The position numbers and the translations under genes are program-made. From Anaerococcus sp. (lineage in GTDB: Bacteria > Bacillota > Clostridia > Tissierellales > Peptoniphilaceae): a stretch of DNA of 64,000 bases. The stretch covers positions 28,992-92,991 of the forward strand of contig JAUNLG010000002.1 of assembly GCA_030532385.1 (NCBI GenBank), written 5' to 3'. Shown here one piece after another: positions 28,137 through 38,972 of the stretch (position 1 is the first letter of the stretch; each line of letters begins with the position of its first letter). The notes below the pieces were generated by a model. It was not told where the DNA came from. It saw nothing but the letters and a program-made list of their open reading frames with translations, and did no database searches.

Positions 28137-28185
28137 TTGACAGATAAAAAAATCATCATATAATTATAAATGCAAATGACTTGCA
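28137..28185 (+). promoter_or_regulatory. SigA promoter plus candidate Zur box
   Basis: TTGACA(28137)-N16-TATAAT(28159); palindrome TGCAA-ATGAC-TTGCA at 28171-28185 over the predicted start site. Confidence 0.7.
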
Positions 28186-28203
28186 ACAACAGGAGGATAT
28201 TAT

Positions 28204-29184
28204 ATGAAATTAAAGAATTTATTTATTTTACTTAGCCTTAGCCTAGCTATCACAGGGTGTGCTAATGGTAATGGCTTAGAAGAGAAAGCTGATAGCAAGA
28301 CCGGTGACCTGCTAGTAGAAGAAGTAAGTGAAGAAAAACCCCTAGTTTATGCTTCATTTTTCCCAATCTATAACCTCACTAAGCAAATAGGGAAAGATAA
28401 GGTTGAAGTGAAATCTTTTGCTAATCTTACAAGTGAAAGTCATGGCTTTGAGCCATCAGCCAAGCAAATGGCTGACTTATCAGAAGCTTCTCTTATCTTT
28501 ATAAATGGAGCTGGTATGGAAGAATGGGTTGATGCGGTTGATTCTTCTATTGATATAGAAATTGTAGATACTAGTAAGGACCTTGACCTAATAGATGCTA
28601 GTGGCCAAGCCCATGAAGATCATGAAGCCCATGAAGGTCACGAGGGCCACAACCATGGAGCCTTTGACCCTCACACATGGCTAGATCCTATTAATGGGAA
28701 AGACCAAGCTAAGGTAATTGCAGAAAAACTGGCCGACCTAGATCCAAGTAATAAGGACTATTACTTGGCTAATTATGAAAAAATAGCAGGGGACCTAGAG
28801 GAAATTAACCAAGAATTTGAGGAAAAATTTAAAACTCTTACAAACAAGAAATTTATAGTTCCCCATGAGGCCTTTGCCTACCTTGAAAAAAGGTATGGGC
28901 TTGAGCAAGTCCCACTAACATCTCTGACATCAACAGGAGAAGCAGATGCTTTAGCCTTAAAACAGGTAGCAGACCTTGCTTTAAAAGAAGATATTAATGT
29001 AATTTTTTATGAAAAAGGTGGGTCTGATAAGTTGGCTAAGACCTTGGCTGATGAAATTTCTGGTCAAACTAGTGAATTATCCACTATAGAATTTTTAAGT
29101 GAAGAAGAATTAGAAAAAGAACTTAGCTACCAAGAATTGGTAAGGGAGAACCTTAAAGCTATTTATGATTCATTGGCAGAGTAA
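28204..29184 (+). CDS. znuA: Zn ABC transporter substrate-binding lipoprotein (ZnuA/AdcA)
   Basis: Lipobox ITGC, HGFEPS, His-rich loop HEDHEAHEGHEGHNH, DPHTW, HEAFAY. Confidence 0.9.
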   Translation: MKLKNLFILLSLSLAITGCANGNGLEEKADSKTGDLLVEEVSEEKPLVYASFFPIYNLTKQIGKDKVEVKSFANLTSESHGFEPSAKQMADLSEASLIFINGAGMEEWVDAVDSSIDIEIVDTSKDLDLIDASGQAHEDHEAHEGHEGHNHGAFDPHTWLDPINGKDQAKVIAEKLADLDPSNKDYYLANYEKIAGDLEEINQEFEEKFKTLTNKKFIVPHEAFAYLEKRYGLEQVPLTSLTSTGEADALALKQVADLALKEDINVIFYEKGGSDKLAKTLADEISGQTSELSTIEFLSEEELEKELSYQELVRENLKAIYDSLAE

Positions 29185-29190
29185 ATTGAC

Positions 29191-29862
29191 ATGAACCTAT
29201 TAGAGATAAATAATTTAAAATTTGGCTATGATGAAAATTTAATATTAGATGACTTAAGCTTTAATCTTAAAAAAGGTGATTTCTTGGCTATTTCAGGTGA
29301 AAATGGGACAGGTAAGTCAACCTTGCTTAAGATAATACTAAAGTATCTAAAGAAAGATGGGGGGAGTATAAAAATCCTTGGGGAAGACCTTGAGGATTTT
29401 TCTTCCTATGAAAAAATAGGCTATGTACCCCAGGCAAGTGATGGGTCAAGAATTAGCTTTCCTGTAACAAGCAAAGAATATGCAATTTTAGGCTTATATA
29501 AGAAGTTTAACTTTTTAAATAGACCTAGCAAAAAAGCCTGGGAAAAACTAGATTTCACCTTCAAAGACTTGGGTATTGAAAATTTCAAGGATAAGCCTTT
29601 CAACCAACTTTCTGGAGGACTCCAGCAAAGGGTAATGATTGCCAGGGCCCTTCTTGCTAATCCTAAACTTCTAATCCTTGATGAGCCAACTGTAGGCATC
29701 GATGATAGGCATAAGAGGGATTTTTTGAAGGTGCTTGTCCACCTAAATAAGTACCATGGCATTAGTATATTGATAATTACCCATGAGATGGATCTTATAA
29801 AACCTTATGTTACAAGAAGACTTTTCCTAAAAGAAGGGAGGATTAGTGATGTTAGCCTATGA
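29191..29862 (+). CDS. znuC: Zn ABC transporter ATP-binding protein
   Basis: GENGTGKST, GYVPQ, LSGGLQQR, LILDEPT. Confidence 0.88.
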   Translation: MNLLEINNLKFGYDENLILDDLSFNLKKGDFLAISGENGTGKSTLLKIILKYLKKDGGSIKILGEDLEDFSSYEKIGYVPQASDGSRISFPVTSKEYAILGLYKKFNFLNRPSKKAWEKLDFTFKDLGIENFKDKPFNQLSGGLQQRVMIARALLANPKLLILDEPTVGIDDRHKRDFLKVLVHLNKYHGISILIITHEMDLIKPYVTRRLFLKEGRISDVSL

Positions 29863-30661
29863 TTTTATGCAAAGAGCCCTTCTAGCAGGCCTTATGCTTG
29901 CCATAATAATTCCTATGATCGGCATAGTTATGATAAATAGAAAAACTTCAATGATAGGAGATGCCCTAAGCCACTCATCCCTAGCAGGCATTGCCTTAGG
30001 CCTCATCCTTGGATTAAATCCCCTTTGGATGTCCTTAATAATAAGTGTCATAGCAGCTTTTGCTATAGATATAATAAGGAAGAACTTTGACCAGTATGGG
30101 GATATGGCTACTGCAATTGTAATGTCTACAGGAATTGGTCTAGCGGCTGTCCTATCAGATTTTACTCCAGGAGGGGCAAGTTTTGAATCCTTTCTTTTTG
30201 GATCAATAACTACTATAAGTAGGGTTGATTTAATTAGTATTTTTATAATTTTTATATTTGTACTTATAATATCCTACTACTTCTACTATGCCCTCCTTTA
30301 CAATTCGATAAATCCTCTTATGTCTAGGCTTTCTGGAGTTAAAACTGACCTGGTAGATGGACTTTTTACCTTGATTACAGCAGTAACTATTGCCATTTCT
30401 GCAAAAACTGTTGGTGCCTTGATGATCAGTTCTCTTATGGTTATCCCTGTGGCTAGTGCACTTTTGCTTGGTAAATCCTATAAGTCCTCCTATATCATAT
30501 CCTTAATTCTATCAGTAATTTTTATGGTTTCTGGAATTAGTCTATCCTACTATTTTGGCTTAAAACCTGGTGGAGCCATAGTTTTGATTGCAATTTCATT
30601 TATGATTTTGATAAGTTTAGTTACCTTTATATATAAAAAAATCAAAAAGCATAATTCTTAA
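29849..30661 (+). CDS. znuB: Zn ABC transporter permease
   Basis: FMQRA, GDALSHSSLAG, FLFGSI, VGALM; multiple TM helices. Confidence 0.88.
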   Translation: MLAYDFMQRALLAGLMLAIIIPMIGIVMINRKTSMIGDALSHSSLAGIALGLILGLNPLWMSLIISVIAAFAIDIIRKNFDQYGDMATAIVMSTGIGLAAVLSDFTPGGASFESFLFGSITTISRVDLISIFIIFIFVLIISYYFYYALLYNSINPLMSRLSGVKTDLVDGLFTLITAVTIAISAKTVGALMISSLMVIPVASALLLGKSYKSSYIISLILSVIFMVSGISLSYYFGLKPGGAIVLIAISFMILISLVTFIYKKIKKHNS

Positions 30662-30758
30662 GTCCTAGACAAATGTTCCTTGCCCATTAGTATGGGCTTT
30701 TTCTTTGGGAAAATTTAAATTATCTAAGTGTAGTATAGTGGTATAAAGGAAGGAAATT

Positions 30759-31478
30759 ATGAAAGTTATTATATCACCAGCAAAAAGATTTAAACATTTT
30801 GACAATATTGATACAAGTCCCTTGATTTACCCAGAAAAAACCAAAAGACTTGTTGAAGAGATTTCTAAATTAAGCCTAAATGATATAGGCAATCTAAATA
30901 AAACCAATGATGCCCTAACCGAAAAAGCTTACTATGATTTTAAGGAGTTTGATTTTAAAGACTTACCTAATCCAGCGCTTTTTTCCTACGATGGCCTAGT
31001 TTTTAAGCAATTTACCATGGATGATTTCAAGGATTTTTCCTATCTAAATGACCATGTCTATATAATCTCAGCTCTTTATGGTCCCCTAAAACCATTTACA
31101 GGCATTAGGGATTACAGGCTTTATTTTGATAATGATAGGTATGACCTATATGATTTTTGGAAGGATGATATTTATAAAGAAGTCTTTAGGGATAAAGAGA
31201 TAGTTATCAATCTTTCTAGCAAGGAATATTCAAAGACCATAAGTCCTTTCCTAAAAAAAGATGATAGGTTTATTACAATAGATTTTAAAGAAGAAAGGGA
31301 TGGAAAACTTAAGTCCATAGTAGCCTATACCAAGCAAATGAGAGGGAAGTTTCTAAAGAAAATAATCAAAGATAAGATTTCAAAGCTAGATGAGATTAAG
31401 AAAATACAAATAGATTCTTATAAGTTTGATCCCTTACTTTCAAGTGAAGATAATTTTATATTTAGGAGGAAGGATTGA
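30759..31478 (+). CDS. yaaA: YaaA/UPF0246 peroxide-stress DNA-binding protein
   Basis: IISPAK, YDGLVF, SALYG, YRL, INLSSKEY, KQMRG. Confidence 0.88.
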   Translation: MKVIISPAKRFKHFDNIDTSPLIYPEKTKRLVEEISKLSLNDIGNLNKTNDALTEKAYYDFKEFDFKDLPNPALFSYDGLVFKQFTMDDFKDFSYLNDHVYIISALYGPLKPFTGIRDYRLYFDNDRYDLYDFWKDDIYKEVFRDKEIVINLSSKEYSKTISPFLKKDDRFITIDFKEERDGKLKSIVAYTKQMRGKFLKKIIKDKISKLDEIKKIQIDSYKFDPLLSSEDNFIFRRKD

Positions 31479-32590
31479 GACTCTTACATTTATCAGACCT
31501 ACACCTTGGCAAAAACCTTGGACCCTACTCACTTATTGAAGAGCAGAACCATGCCCTTGGTCAAATTCTTGAAATTATAAGGGATAAAAAGATAGACCTT
31601 GTGATGATTGCAGGAGATATTTTTGATACCAGCATTCCACCAGCTAAGGCCCTAGACCTTTATTCTGATTTTATTGAAAAAATAGTCTTTGACTACAAAA
31701 AGCCTGTTCTTGCAATTTCTGGTAACCATGATTCCCCAAAAAGACTTGATATAAATAGGAGGTTTTTTAGGTCTAATAATTATTTCCTTCAAGGAGATAT
31801 AGATATGAAACCTCTTAGTTTTGAAGATGAATTTGGGCCTATTAACTTTTACCTAATCCCTTTTATTTCCTTGAATAAGGCTAGAAATGACTTAGACTCT
31901 AGTATAGAGGATTTTTCTGACATATATCATTATCTTTTAAAAGATCTTAAATATGAAGGAAGAAATATCTTAATTACCCATGCCTATGCAAGGGATATGG
32001 GAGAAAAGAATAAAGAAGCTTACAATGATGATCAAAAGCCCCTATCTATTGGTGGGAGTGATTTTATGGATGCATCTTTATTTGATAAGTTTGATTATGT
32101 AGCCCTAGGCCACCTTCACAGGGCCCACTTTGTTAGAAGTGAGAAGATTAGGTATAGTGGGACCTTTATGAAATATTCTTTCGATGAAATCAAGGGGTCT
32201 AAGTCTGTAACTATAGTTGATCTTAAAGATAAGATAAGTATAGAGAAAATCCCCATAAAAGCCCTAAGGGATATAGAGCTTAGGGAGGGATTTTTTGAAG
32301 ATTTACTAAAAAGCGATCCATCAGATTCCTATATCAAATTTATTCTAAAAGATGACTATATTATAGAAAATGCCATGGCCAAATTAAAAGAGAAGTTTGA
32401 TAGGGCTGTAAGTATTAGCTATGCTAATAGGGGTGTTTTTGACCAAGCGGAGGATTTGGATATTAATTTAGAAAATAAAGATTTGATAGAACTTTTTGAT
32501 GAATTTTACACCTATAAAATGGGAGATTCTTTATCTGATGAAGACTTAGTTTTTATAAGAAGGGTAGGCTTATGCGACCAAGAAGATTAG
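31475..32590 (+). CDS. sbcD: SbcD/Mre11 nuclease
   Basis: HLSDLHLG, AGDIFD, GNHDS, YVALGHLH, RYSGT..KYSFDE. Confidence 0.93.
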   Translation: MRLLHLSDLHLGKNLGPYSLIEEQNHALGQILEIIRDKKIDLVMIAGDIFDTSIPPAKALDLYSDFIEKIVFDYKKPVLAISGNHDSPKRLDINRRFFRSNNYFLQGDIDMKPLSFEDEFGPINFYLIPFISLNKARNDLDSSIEDFSDIYHYLLKDLKYEGRNILITHAYARDMGEKNKEAYNDDQKPLSIGGSDFMDASLFDKFDYVALGHLHRAHFVRSEKIRYSGTFMKYSFDEIKGSKSVTIVDLKDKISIEKIPIKALRDIELREGFFEDLLKSDPSDSYIKFILKDDYIIENAMAKLKEKFDRAVSISYANRGVFDQAEDLDINLENKDLIELFDEFYTYKMGDSLSDEDLVFIRRVGLCDQED

Positions 32591-35500
32591 AAATGAGAGG
32601 CTTTATTACCTATAGGGATAAGGTTACTATTGATTTTGAAAGCTTATATAAAAAGAAGATATTTTTGATAGCAGGAGATACAGGATCTGGTAAGTCTTCT
32701 ATTTTTGATGCCATAAATTTTGCCCTTTATGGCCAGGCAAGTAAGGGGATTGATAACCTTAGAAGTGATTTTTTGACTGAAAAAGACCCCTATACCTATG
32801 TTAACCTAGATTTTGAACTGGGAGATAAGGTCTATAGGATAGAGAGAATTCCAAGGCAAATAGCAAAAAAAACTAAGGAAGGTCAAAACATCTCAAATTC
32901 TGTAAGTCTATATGATATTACCGATGGCAAAGTCCTTTTGGGAGAAAAAAAGACAGAAACTGACAAACAAATAGTTGAGATTATTGGTCTAGATGAAAAA
33001 CAATTTTCTAAGGTCATGCTCTTAGCCCAAGGACAATTTCAAGAATTCCTCAAGGCTAAGTCTAGTGAGAAGGCAAGCTTATTATCAGATATTTTTAGGA
33101 CCTATGAATATAGGAATTTTCAAGAAAATTTAAAGGAAAGATCCAAAGATTCTCTTAATACTATGGATTTTATAGACCTAGAACTTGAAAATACCATATC
33201 TTTTAATGAAGAAATAAAAGGATTGATAGATAAGGACTTGGTAGTGACCCATGACTTCAAAGCCATGGAGGATATTTTACAAAAAGAAAATCAAACAATA
33301 AGTAAATCCTATGGTGGAATAAGAAAAGAGATAGAAGAAATAGAAAAAGCTCTTCTTAAATTAAATGACCAAAGGCACCAAGCAGGTCTAGTTAATGAAA
33401 GTATAGGAAAATTAGAAAAAATCAAGAAAGACTTAGAGCTTAGCGAAAGAAAGGAGCCTAGCTATAAGGCCTTAGAAGAAAAGATCGATTTAAGCACAAA
33501 GGCTATTAACATAGAGGTTTTTGAAAGAAGATTATCTTCAAATGCTAAAGACCTAAGAGGTCAGAAAGAATCCCTAGCCCAGTTAAATGACCAATACGAA
33601 AGGGAAAAGGAAACCTATAAGGAAGTTAGGGCAAGGTATGATAAAAGAAATGACCTTGAGGCCTACCTTGAGGATTTAAAAGATAAGATAAATTCAAGCA
33701 AAAAAACCTTAGAAGACCTAGAAGAATTTAAAAAAATAGAGAAATCTTATAAGGATCTTTTAGAAAAAAGAAAATCCCATGACCTCTTACTTGAAAAACT
33801 AGAGGGTATAAGTGGAGAAATAAAAGATAAAAAAGACAATTTAACTAATTTAGAAGAAGCTATCTATGAGCTTATAGAAAACTTAGGGGCCTATAGGGAG
33901 AGGTCCGCAAGTCTTAGAGAAGAGATAAAAAAACTTAGGGACCTATATGAGAGTGAAAAATATATAGAAGACCTAGAAAAAGATATTACAGGGCTTAAGG
34001 ATAAGAAAGAACTTGCTAGTAGTAAGGAAAAATCTGCCCTTAAAAACCAAGACCTAAACACTATAAACTTATATATAGAAAGGATAAATGAAAGTGGTAG
34101 GTGTCCTGTTTGTGGGTCAATCCATGAGGAAAAAATCCAAAAACATCCGGTAAAATCTTTCGATCTAGAAAAGATCAGAAAGGACCTTGCAGGAATTAAT
34201 TCTCAAATTAGTCTTAAAAACGATCAGTTGACAAGGCTAAAAGATAAGCATGAAGACCTTATGGGCTTAGGTAAGATTAAAGATCTTGGTATAAAGAAAA
34301 AAGATCTTTTGACTAAGTTAGAAAAAGACCTAGGCCAAGTAGATACAAGGCTTAGAGAAAAAAAGGTCTATAGGAATAAATTAAGGGAAGAATTAGATAA
34401 ATTAGAAGCTAACTTTAGGGAAGAAAACCAGACTTTAAGTAAGAGAAAAGAAGATATAGACTCCTTAAGGGACCTAGAAATAAGATATCTAAGCCAAAAA
34501 GATAAGCTTGGTGGAATAAATAAAAAAGACCTGGAAATAAGTATAGAAAGGCTAAGCAAAGACTATTTTGATGGGAAAAATAGACTTGATAAGTACCTAA
34601 ATGACCACACCCAAAGCCTTCTGAGGATAGAAAAGCTTAAGGCTGGTATAGAAAGCCATAAAGACCTTATAGAAGATTTATCTAGAAAAGCACATACTTA
34701 CCAAAAGGACTTAGATGATAAAATAAGTGAAAATTTCGTTGACAAAACCACCTACGAAAAATCTAGGGATGAGGCAAAAGAAGTCTTGGCGAAAAAGGAA
34801 GAGCTTATTACTTACTTTGACAATCTTAAATCTTTAAGAAAAGAAAGAGATTTCTACAAGGCTTATGAAAATAAAAAACCAATAGACCTAGAAAGCTTTG
34901 GGCAAAAGATAAGCCTTAGGCAAGAAGCTAAGGATGAACTTTTAGCTAAGGCAAATGCCTCATACTTAAAACTTTCTGCCCTAGAAAAAGTCCAAGATAG
35001 GATTTATGAAATTAGGAATAAATTTGAAGAAAATGCTAAAGAAAGCCAGATTTTAGCTAGACTCGCTAAGGTTGCTGATGGGTCTTTTGGAAAGATAGCA
35101 GGTAGGGAGAAGATTGATTTTGAAAGCTTTGTCTTAAGCTTTTATTTTGATAAGGTTCTTTCTTTTGCAAACCTAAGATTTTTGAGGATGACTGATAACC
35201 AATTTTCAATGGTAAGGCAAAAGAAAGCCCTGGATTTAAGGTCAAAGTCAGGCCTAGATATAGAAATTCTTGATGCAAATACAGGTAAGCTCCGTCCTGT
35301 AGACACTTTGTCAGGAGGAGAGTCCTTCCTAGCAAGTTTAAGTCTTGCCCTAGGCTTATCTGATGAAATTAGTTTAGAAAATGGCGGGATAAGGATAGCT
35401 ACACTCTTTATCGATGAAGGCTTTGGAAGCTTATCAAAAGACTATCTTAATAATGCCATAAGGGCTATAGAAAAGTTATCTTCAGAAAATAAATTTATAG

Positions 35501-35601
35501 GACTTATATCCCATGTTGACGATTTAAAGGAAGCTATCGATTCAAAGATTGTAGTTACTTATGACCCTAGTAAGGGAAGTAGCTTGGAGGTAATACAATG
35601 A
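32572..35601 (+). CDS. sbcC: SbcC/Rad50 SMC-like ATPase
   Basis: GDTGSGKS, LAQGQF, coiled coil with CPVCG zinc hook, LSGGESF, FIDEGFG, ISHV. Confidence 0.93.
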   Translation: MRPRRLEMRGFITYRDKVTIDFESLYKKKIFLIAGDTGSGKSSIFDAINFALYGQASKGIDNLRSDFLTEKDPYTYVNLDFELGDKVYRIERIPRQIAKKTKEGQNISNSVSLYDITDGKVLLGEKKTETDKQIVEIIGLDEKQFSKVMLLAQGQFQEFLKAKSSEKASLLSDIFRTYEYRNFQENLKERSKDSLNTMDFIDLELENTISFNEEIKGLIDKDLVVTHDFKAMEDILQKENQTISKSYGGIRKEIEEIEKALLKLNDQRHQAGLVNESIGKLEKIKKDLELSERKEPSYKALEEKIDLSTKAINIEVFERRLSSNAKDLRGQKESLAQLNDQYEREKETYKEVRARYDKRNDLEAYLEDLKDKINSSKKTLEDLEEFKKIEKSYKDLLEKRKSHDLLLEKLEGISGEIKDKKDNLTNLEEAIYELIENLGAYRERSASLREEIKKLRDLYESEKYIEDLEKDITGLKDKKELASSKEKSALKNQDLNTINLYIERINESGRCPVCGSIHEEKIQKHPVKSFDLEKIRKDLAGINSQISLKNDQLTRLKDKHEDLMGLGKIKDLGIKKKDLLTKLEKDLGQVDTRLREKKVYRNKLREELDKLEANFREENQTLSKRKEDIDSLRDLEIRYLSQKDKLGGINKKDLEISIERLSKDYFDGKNRLDKYLNDHTQSLLRIEKLKAGIESHKDLIEDLSRKAHTYQKDLDDKISENFVDKTTYEKSRDEAKEVLAKKEELITYFDNLKSLRKERDFYKAYENKKPIDLESFGQKISLRQEAKDELLAKANASYLKLSALEKVQDRIYEIRNKFEENAKESQILARLAKVADGSFGKIAGREKIDFESFVLSFYFDKVLSFANLRFLRMTDNQFSMVRQKKALDLRSKSGLDIEILDANTGKLRPVDTLSGGESFLASLSLALGLSDEISLENGGIRIATLFIDEGFGSLSKDYLNNAIRAIEKLSSENKFIGLISHVDDLKEAIDSKIVVTYDPSKGSSLEVIQ

Positions 35602-38600
35602 TTAGAAATATTATATCAAGGTTTCCAAGGGAAAACTCTAAGCATATATATAAGCTAATAGAAAAAGATCTAAGGGAGGGAAGAAAGGCCATCTTGCTTG
35701 TACCTGAGCAATACACCCTACAGACAGATATTAACCTTATGGATAATATATCCTCAAAGACCGTAATAGATGCCAAGGTGTTAAGCTATTCTTCCCTAAG
35801 GTCCTTTATCCTAGGAAAGATTGGCCTAGACCAGGGAGACTTTTTAAGCAAAAATGGAAAGATTATGGTTCTTACCAGGGTTCTCCAGGACTTAGATAAA
35901 GATTTAAACTTATTTTCCAACAAATCTTCAAATATTGACTTTATTCAAAATATTGGAAGTCTAATATCATCCATCAAGGATAATGTCTTTGACCAAGATT
36001 TTTTTGATAGGATAAGGGAGAATGCTGATGATCTAACTAGGATAAAATTTGAAGAATTAAAGCTTATTTATGATAAGTATCAAGATATGATAAGGGATAA
36101 ATTTGTAGATGGGGAAGATGGGATAAGCTTTATGGTAGGAAAAATTGACCAATGTGACTTTTTAGAAGGGGTTAATTTCTACTTTGATAAGTTTGAGTCC
36201 TTATCAGACCTTAAGCTATCCCTAGTAGATGCTTTAGTAAAAAGGGGCAATGAAGTTACCTTCTCCCTAAGCCTAGATAGGGCTTATCTTAATGCTAATA
36301 GGTTTTCTGATAAAGAATATTTTGATTCAGCTATTAACCTATATAGTAAGCTTAACATGATTGAAAATACTGAGAATGTATTCTTAAAAGAAGATCCTAA
36401 ATTAGGTCCTGACCTAAGACATTTGGCTAATAATTTCGAGAGATTTACCTATGACAAATACCAGGGTCAAGTTAAAAATATCAAATTTATAGAAAATCCC
36501 ACCACTAAAAACGAAGTCTATACTCTTGCGATTGTAATAAATAAACTTATAAAAAAGCAAGGTTTTCGTTATAAGGACATAGGAATTTATGTAAGCGATG
36601 AAGAAGAATATACCAACCAGGTATCAAAGGTCTTTAATTCTTTTAACCTGCCTATATACATGGATAGGCAAAGAAAGCTTGCTGATAACCATATAAGCAA
36701 AAGTTTCCTAGCCCTTTTAAGGTTAATAACCTATAAATTTAGACAAGAGGACCTAAGTTATTTTTTAAGGTCATCAATTTTTACCTATGGGAATGATTTT
36801 GATGAGAAAGTCCTAGTTTTTCAAAATTTTATAGCTAATAGGAAGATTAGGGGGGATATGGTTTTAGATGATAAGTATTTCACACTAGACTATGAATTTT
36901 ATGAAAATTTATATAAGGATGATAGGCAAAAATCTTATAAGTTACAAGAAAAGCTTAGGGAATACGAACTTATTAATGACCTAAGAGATAAGCTTTTAGA
37001 CCTTATAAGCCCTCTTTTAGCTTTAGAAGAGATTAAGGTTAGCCACTTGCTAATGAAAATTTATCAAGTTTTATCAAATGATTCTATAAAAAATGGCATC
37101 AGGTCTTACCAAAGGATCCTAGAAGCCATGGGAAGGCTTGATGATTATAAAGAAAATGACCAGGTTTGGGATAAATTTATAGGAATACTAGAAGAGATTA
37201 ATAAGTTAATGGGAGATAGGACTTTAAGCCTTAAAGAAATCTATATCCTAATAGAAACGGCAGCCAAGGACATTAACATTGGAATAATTCCTCCAACCAA
37301 AGACCATATTATAGTTACAAGTTTTAAGAGGGCAAGGATTGAAGATAAGAAGATAAACTTTGTCCTAGGGCTAAATGATGCCTTTTTCCCAAGTAAGGCA
37401 AACCATGACCTAATAATTTCTAAGGAAAATATTGAAAGTCTAAAAGACTTTGATATTGATTTTAAGGCCCTGGATGAAGATTTTGAGGAAAGAGAGAAGT
37501 TAAACCTTTATAAAATTATTACAAGCTCACAAAGACTTTACCTATCCTATTCTCTTTCTGATAAGGATGGAGAGGTTATCAATAAGTCAATTGTTTTAGA
37601 TGGGATTATGAGTATTTTTTCTGATAAGGATGGAAAAATACCAAGAGAAAATATGATATATGGATCTAGCCTTGAGTTTTCTGACCTTAAGTTTTCTTAT
37701 GAGAAGGTTAAGGAATATTCCTTAGGTATCCTAAGGTCTTTGATAAAAGATACCAGGGTAGGTGATATGGATAAACAAAGAGCCAAGGCCTTTATGACCT
37801 ATCTAGAGTCTAGGGGAGAGGATACAATGATCAAAAAAGGCTTATATTATACCAACAATAAGGAAAACCTAAGGGAGCCTTTAAATCTTTTTGGCAAAGA
37901 TTACTTTAATGTTAGTGAATTAGAAACCTATGCTAGGTGCCCCTACAAGCACTTCGTATCCTTTGGTCTAAGGCCAAAGTTTGAAGACTCCTACCAGGTA
38001 GATAATTTAGAAGTTGGAAATATTATTCATAAGATTTTTGAAGAAATATCTAAGTCTATCAAGGATATAGATGATTTGAAAAGCGAAGATGTAGAAGCTA
38101 TTCTTATAGAAAAATTTAACCAGGCTATTAGCGAAAACTTAGATAAAACTAGAAAAGCAGATCCTAAAAATAAATTTATCCTAAATAATATCCTAAATTC
38201 TAGCAAGAGAAATACTGGCAAACTAGTAGGCCAAATAAGGGATGGAGATTTTAAAATTTATGGATTGGAAGAAGACTTTGGCTATGAAGATTCCCTATTA
38301 CCAAAAGTATATGTAGATAAGGATAATTACCTAAGGGGAAGAATTGATAGGATTGATAAGGCTGGTTCTTATGTAAGGATAATTGACTATAAGAGTGGGG
38401 ATAAGAAGTTTAAGATAGTAAATCTTTTAAATGGTCTAGACCTACAACTTTTAGTTTATATGATGGCCCTAAGGGATAATAAGAAAGAGGTCATGGTACC
38501 TATAGGATCTTTTTATATGCCTTTGGCAGATGAAATAAAGTCAATAAAGGATTCCTACTCTGCTGAAAGTATAAAGGAGAGTTTAAAGGATAGGTTTAGG

Positions 38601-38972
38601 CTTAATGGGCTAATAGTTGATATCGATAAGGGAGTTTTTGACCTACTTGATAGCAAGCATAGGGATGATATAGAAAATTCACCCCTAATAGATATGAAAA
38701 ATTCCGACTTATTATCTGAAAAAGACCTGGGTCTTTTAGAACAATTTGCAAAAGATTTGGTAAGCAAATATATAGGAGAAATCAAAGGAGGAGAGATCAA
38801 CCTTAGACCTCTTGCCTATGATGAAAATAGAAATGAGTGCCAATATTGTGACTTTAAGGGAATTTGTAAGTTTGACTTAACTATAGACCAATTAAGATAT
38901 AGGATTTTTGATAAAACTTTAAGCCTAGATGAGCTAAAAATTGGAAGGAAGGATGATGATGGACTTAACTAG
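35598..38972 (+). CDS. addB: AddB helicase/nuclease subunit
   Basis: LLVPEQYT, VSELETYARCPY, LRGRIDRID, IIDYKSG, LQL..Y, CQYCDFKGIC Fe-S staple. Confidence 0.9.
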   Translation: MIRNIISRFPRENSKHIYKLIEKDLREGRKAILLVPEQYTLQTDINLMDNISSKTVIDAKVLSYSSLRSFILGKIGLDQGDFLSKNGKIMVLTRVLQDLDKDLNLFSNKSSNIDFIQNIGSLISSIKDNVFDQDFFDRIRENADDLTRIKFEELKLIYDKYQDMIRDKFVDGEDGISFMVGKIDQCDFLEGVNFYFDKFESLSDLKLSLVDALVKRGNEVTFSLSLDRAYLNANRFSDKEYFDSAINLYSKLNMIENTENVFLKEDPKLGPDLRHLANNFERFTYDKYQGQVKNIKFIENPTTKNEVYTLAIVINKLIKKQGFRYKDIGIYVSDEEEYTNQVSKVFNSFNLPIYMDRQRKLADNHISKSFLALLRLITYKFRQEDLSYFLRSSIFTYGNDFDEKVLVFQNFIANRKIRGDMVLDDKYFTLDYEFYENLYKDDRQKSYKLQEKLREYELINDLRDKLLDLISPLLALEEIKVSHLLMKIYQVLSNDSIKNGIRSYQRILEAMGRLDDYKENDQVWDKFIGILEEINKLMGDRTLSLKEIYILIETAAKDINIGIIPPTKDHIIVTSFKRARIEDKKINFVLGLNDAFFPSKANHDLIISKENIESLKDFDIDFKALDEDFEEREKLNLYKIITSSQRLYLSYSLSDKDGEVINKSIVLDGIMSIFSDKDGKIPRENMIYGSSLEFSDLKFSYEKVKEYSLGILRSLIKDTRVGDMDKQRAKAFMTYLESRGEDTMIKKGLYYTNNKENLREPLNLFGKDYFNVSELETYARCPYKHFVSFGLRPKFEDSYQVDNLEVGNIIHKIFEEISKSIKDIDDLKSEDVEAILIEKFNQAISENLDKTRKADPKNKFILNNILNSSKRNTGKLVGQIRDGDFKIYGLEEDFGYEDSLLPKVYVDKDNYLRGRIDRIDKAGSYVRIIDYKSGDKKFKIVNLLNGLDLQLLVYMMALRDNKKEVMVPIGSFYMPLADEIKSIKDSYSAESIKESLKDRFRLNGLIVDIDKGVFDLLDSKHRDDIENSPLIDMKNSDLLSEKDLGLLEQFAKDLVSKYIGEIKGGEINLRPLAYDENRNECQYCDFKGICKFDLTIDQLRYRIFDKTLSLDELKIGRKDDDGLN

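Noticed and set aside
28608-28660. Short tandem CATGAA-like repeats
   Set aside because: They encode the ordinary His-rich loop of ZnuA; not a CRISPR or contingency repeat.
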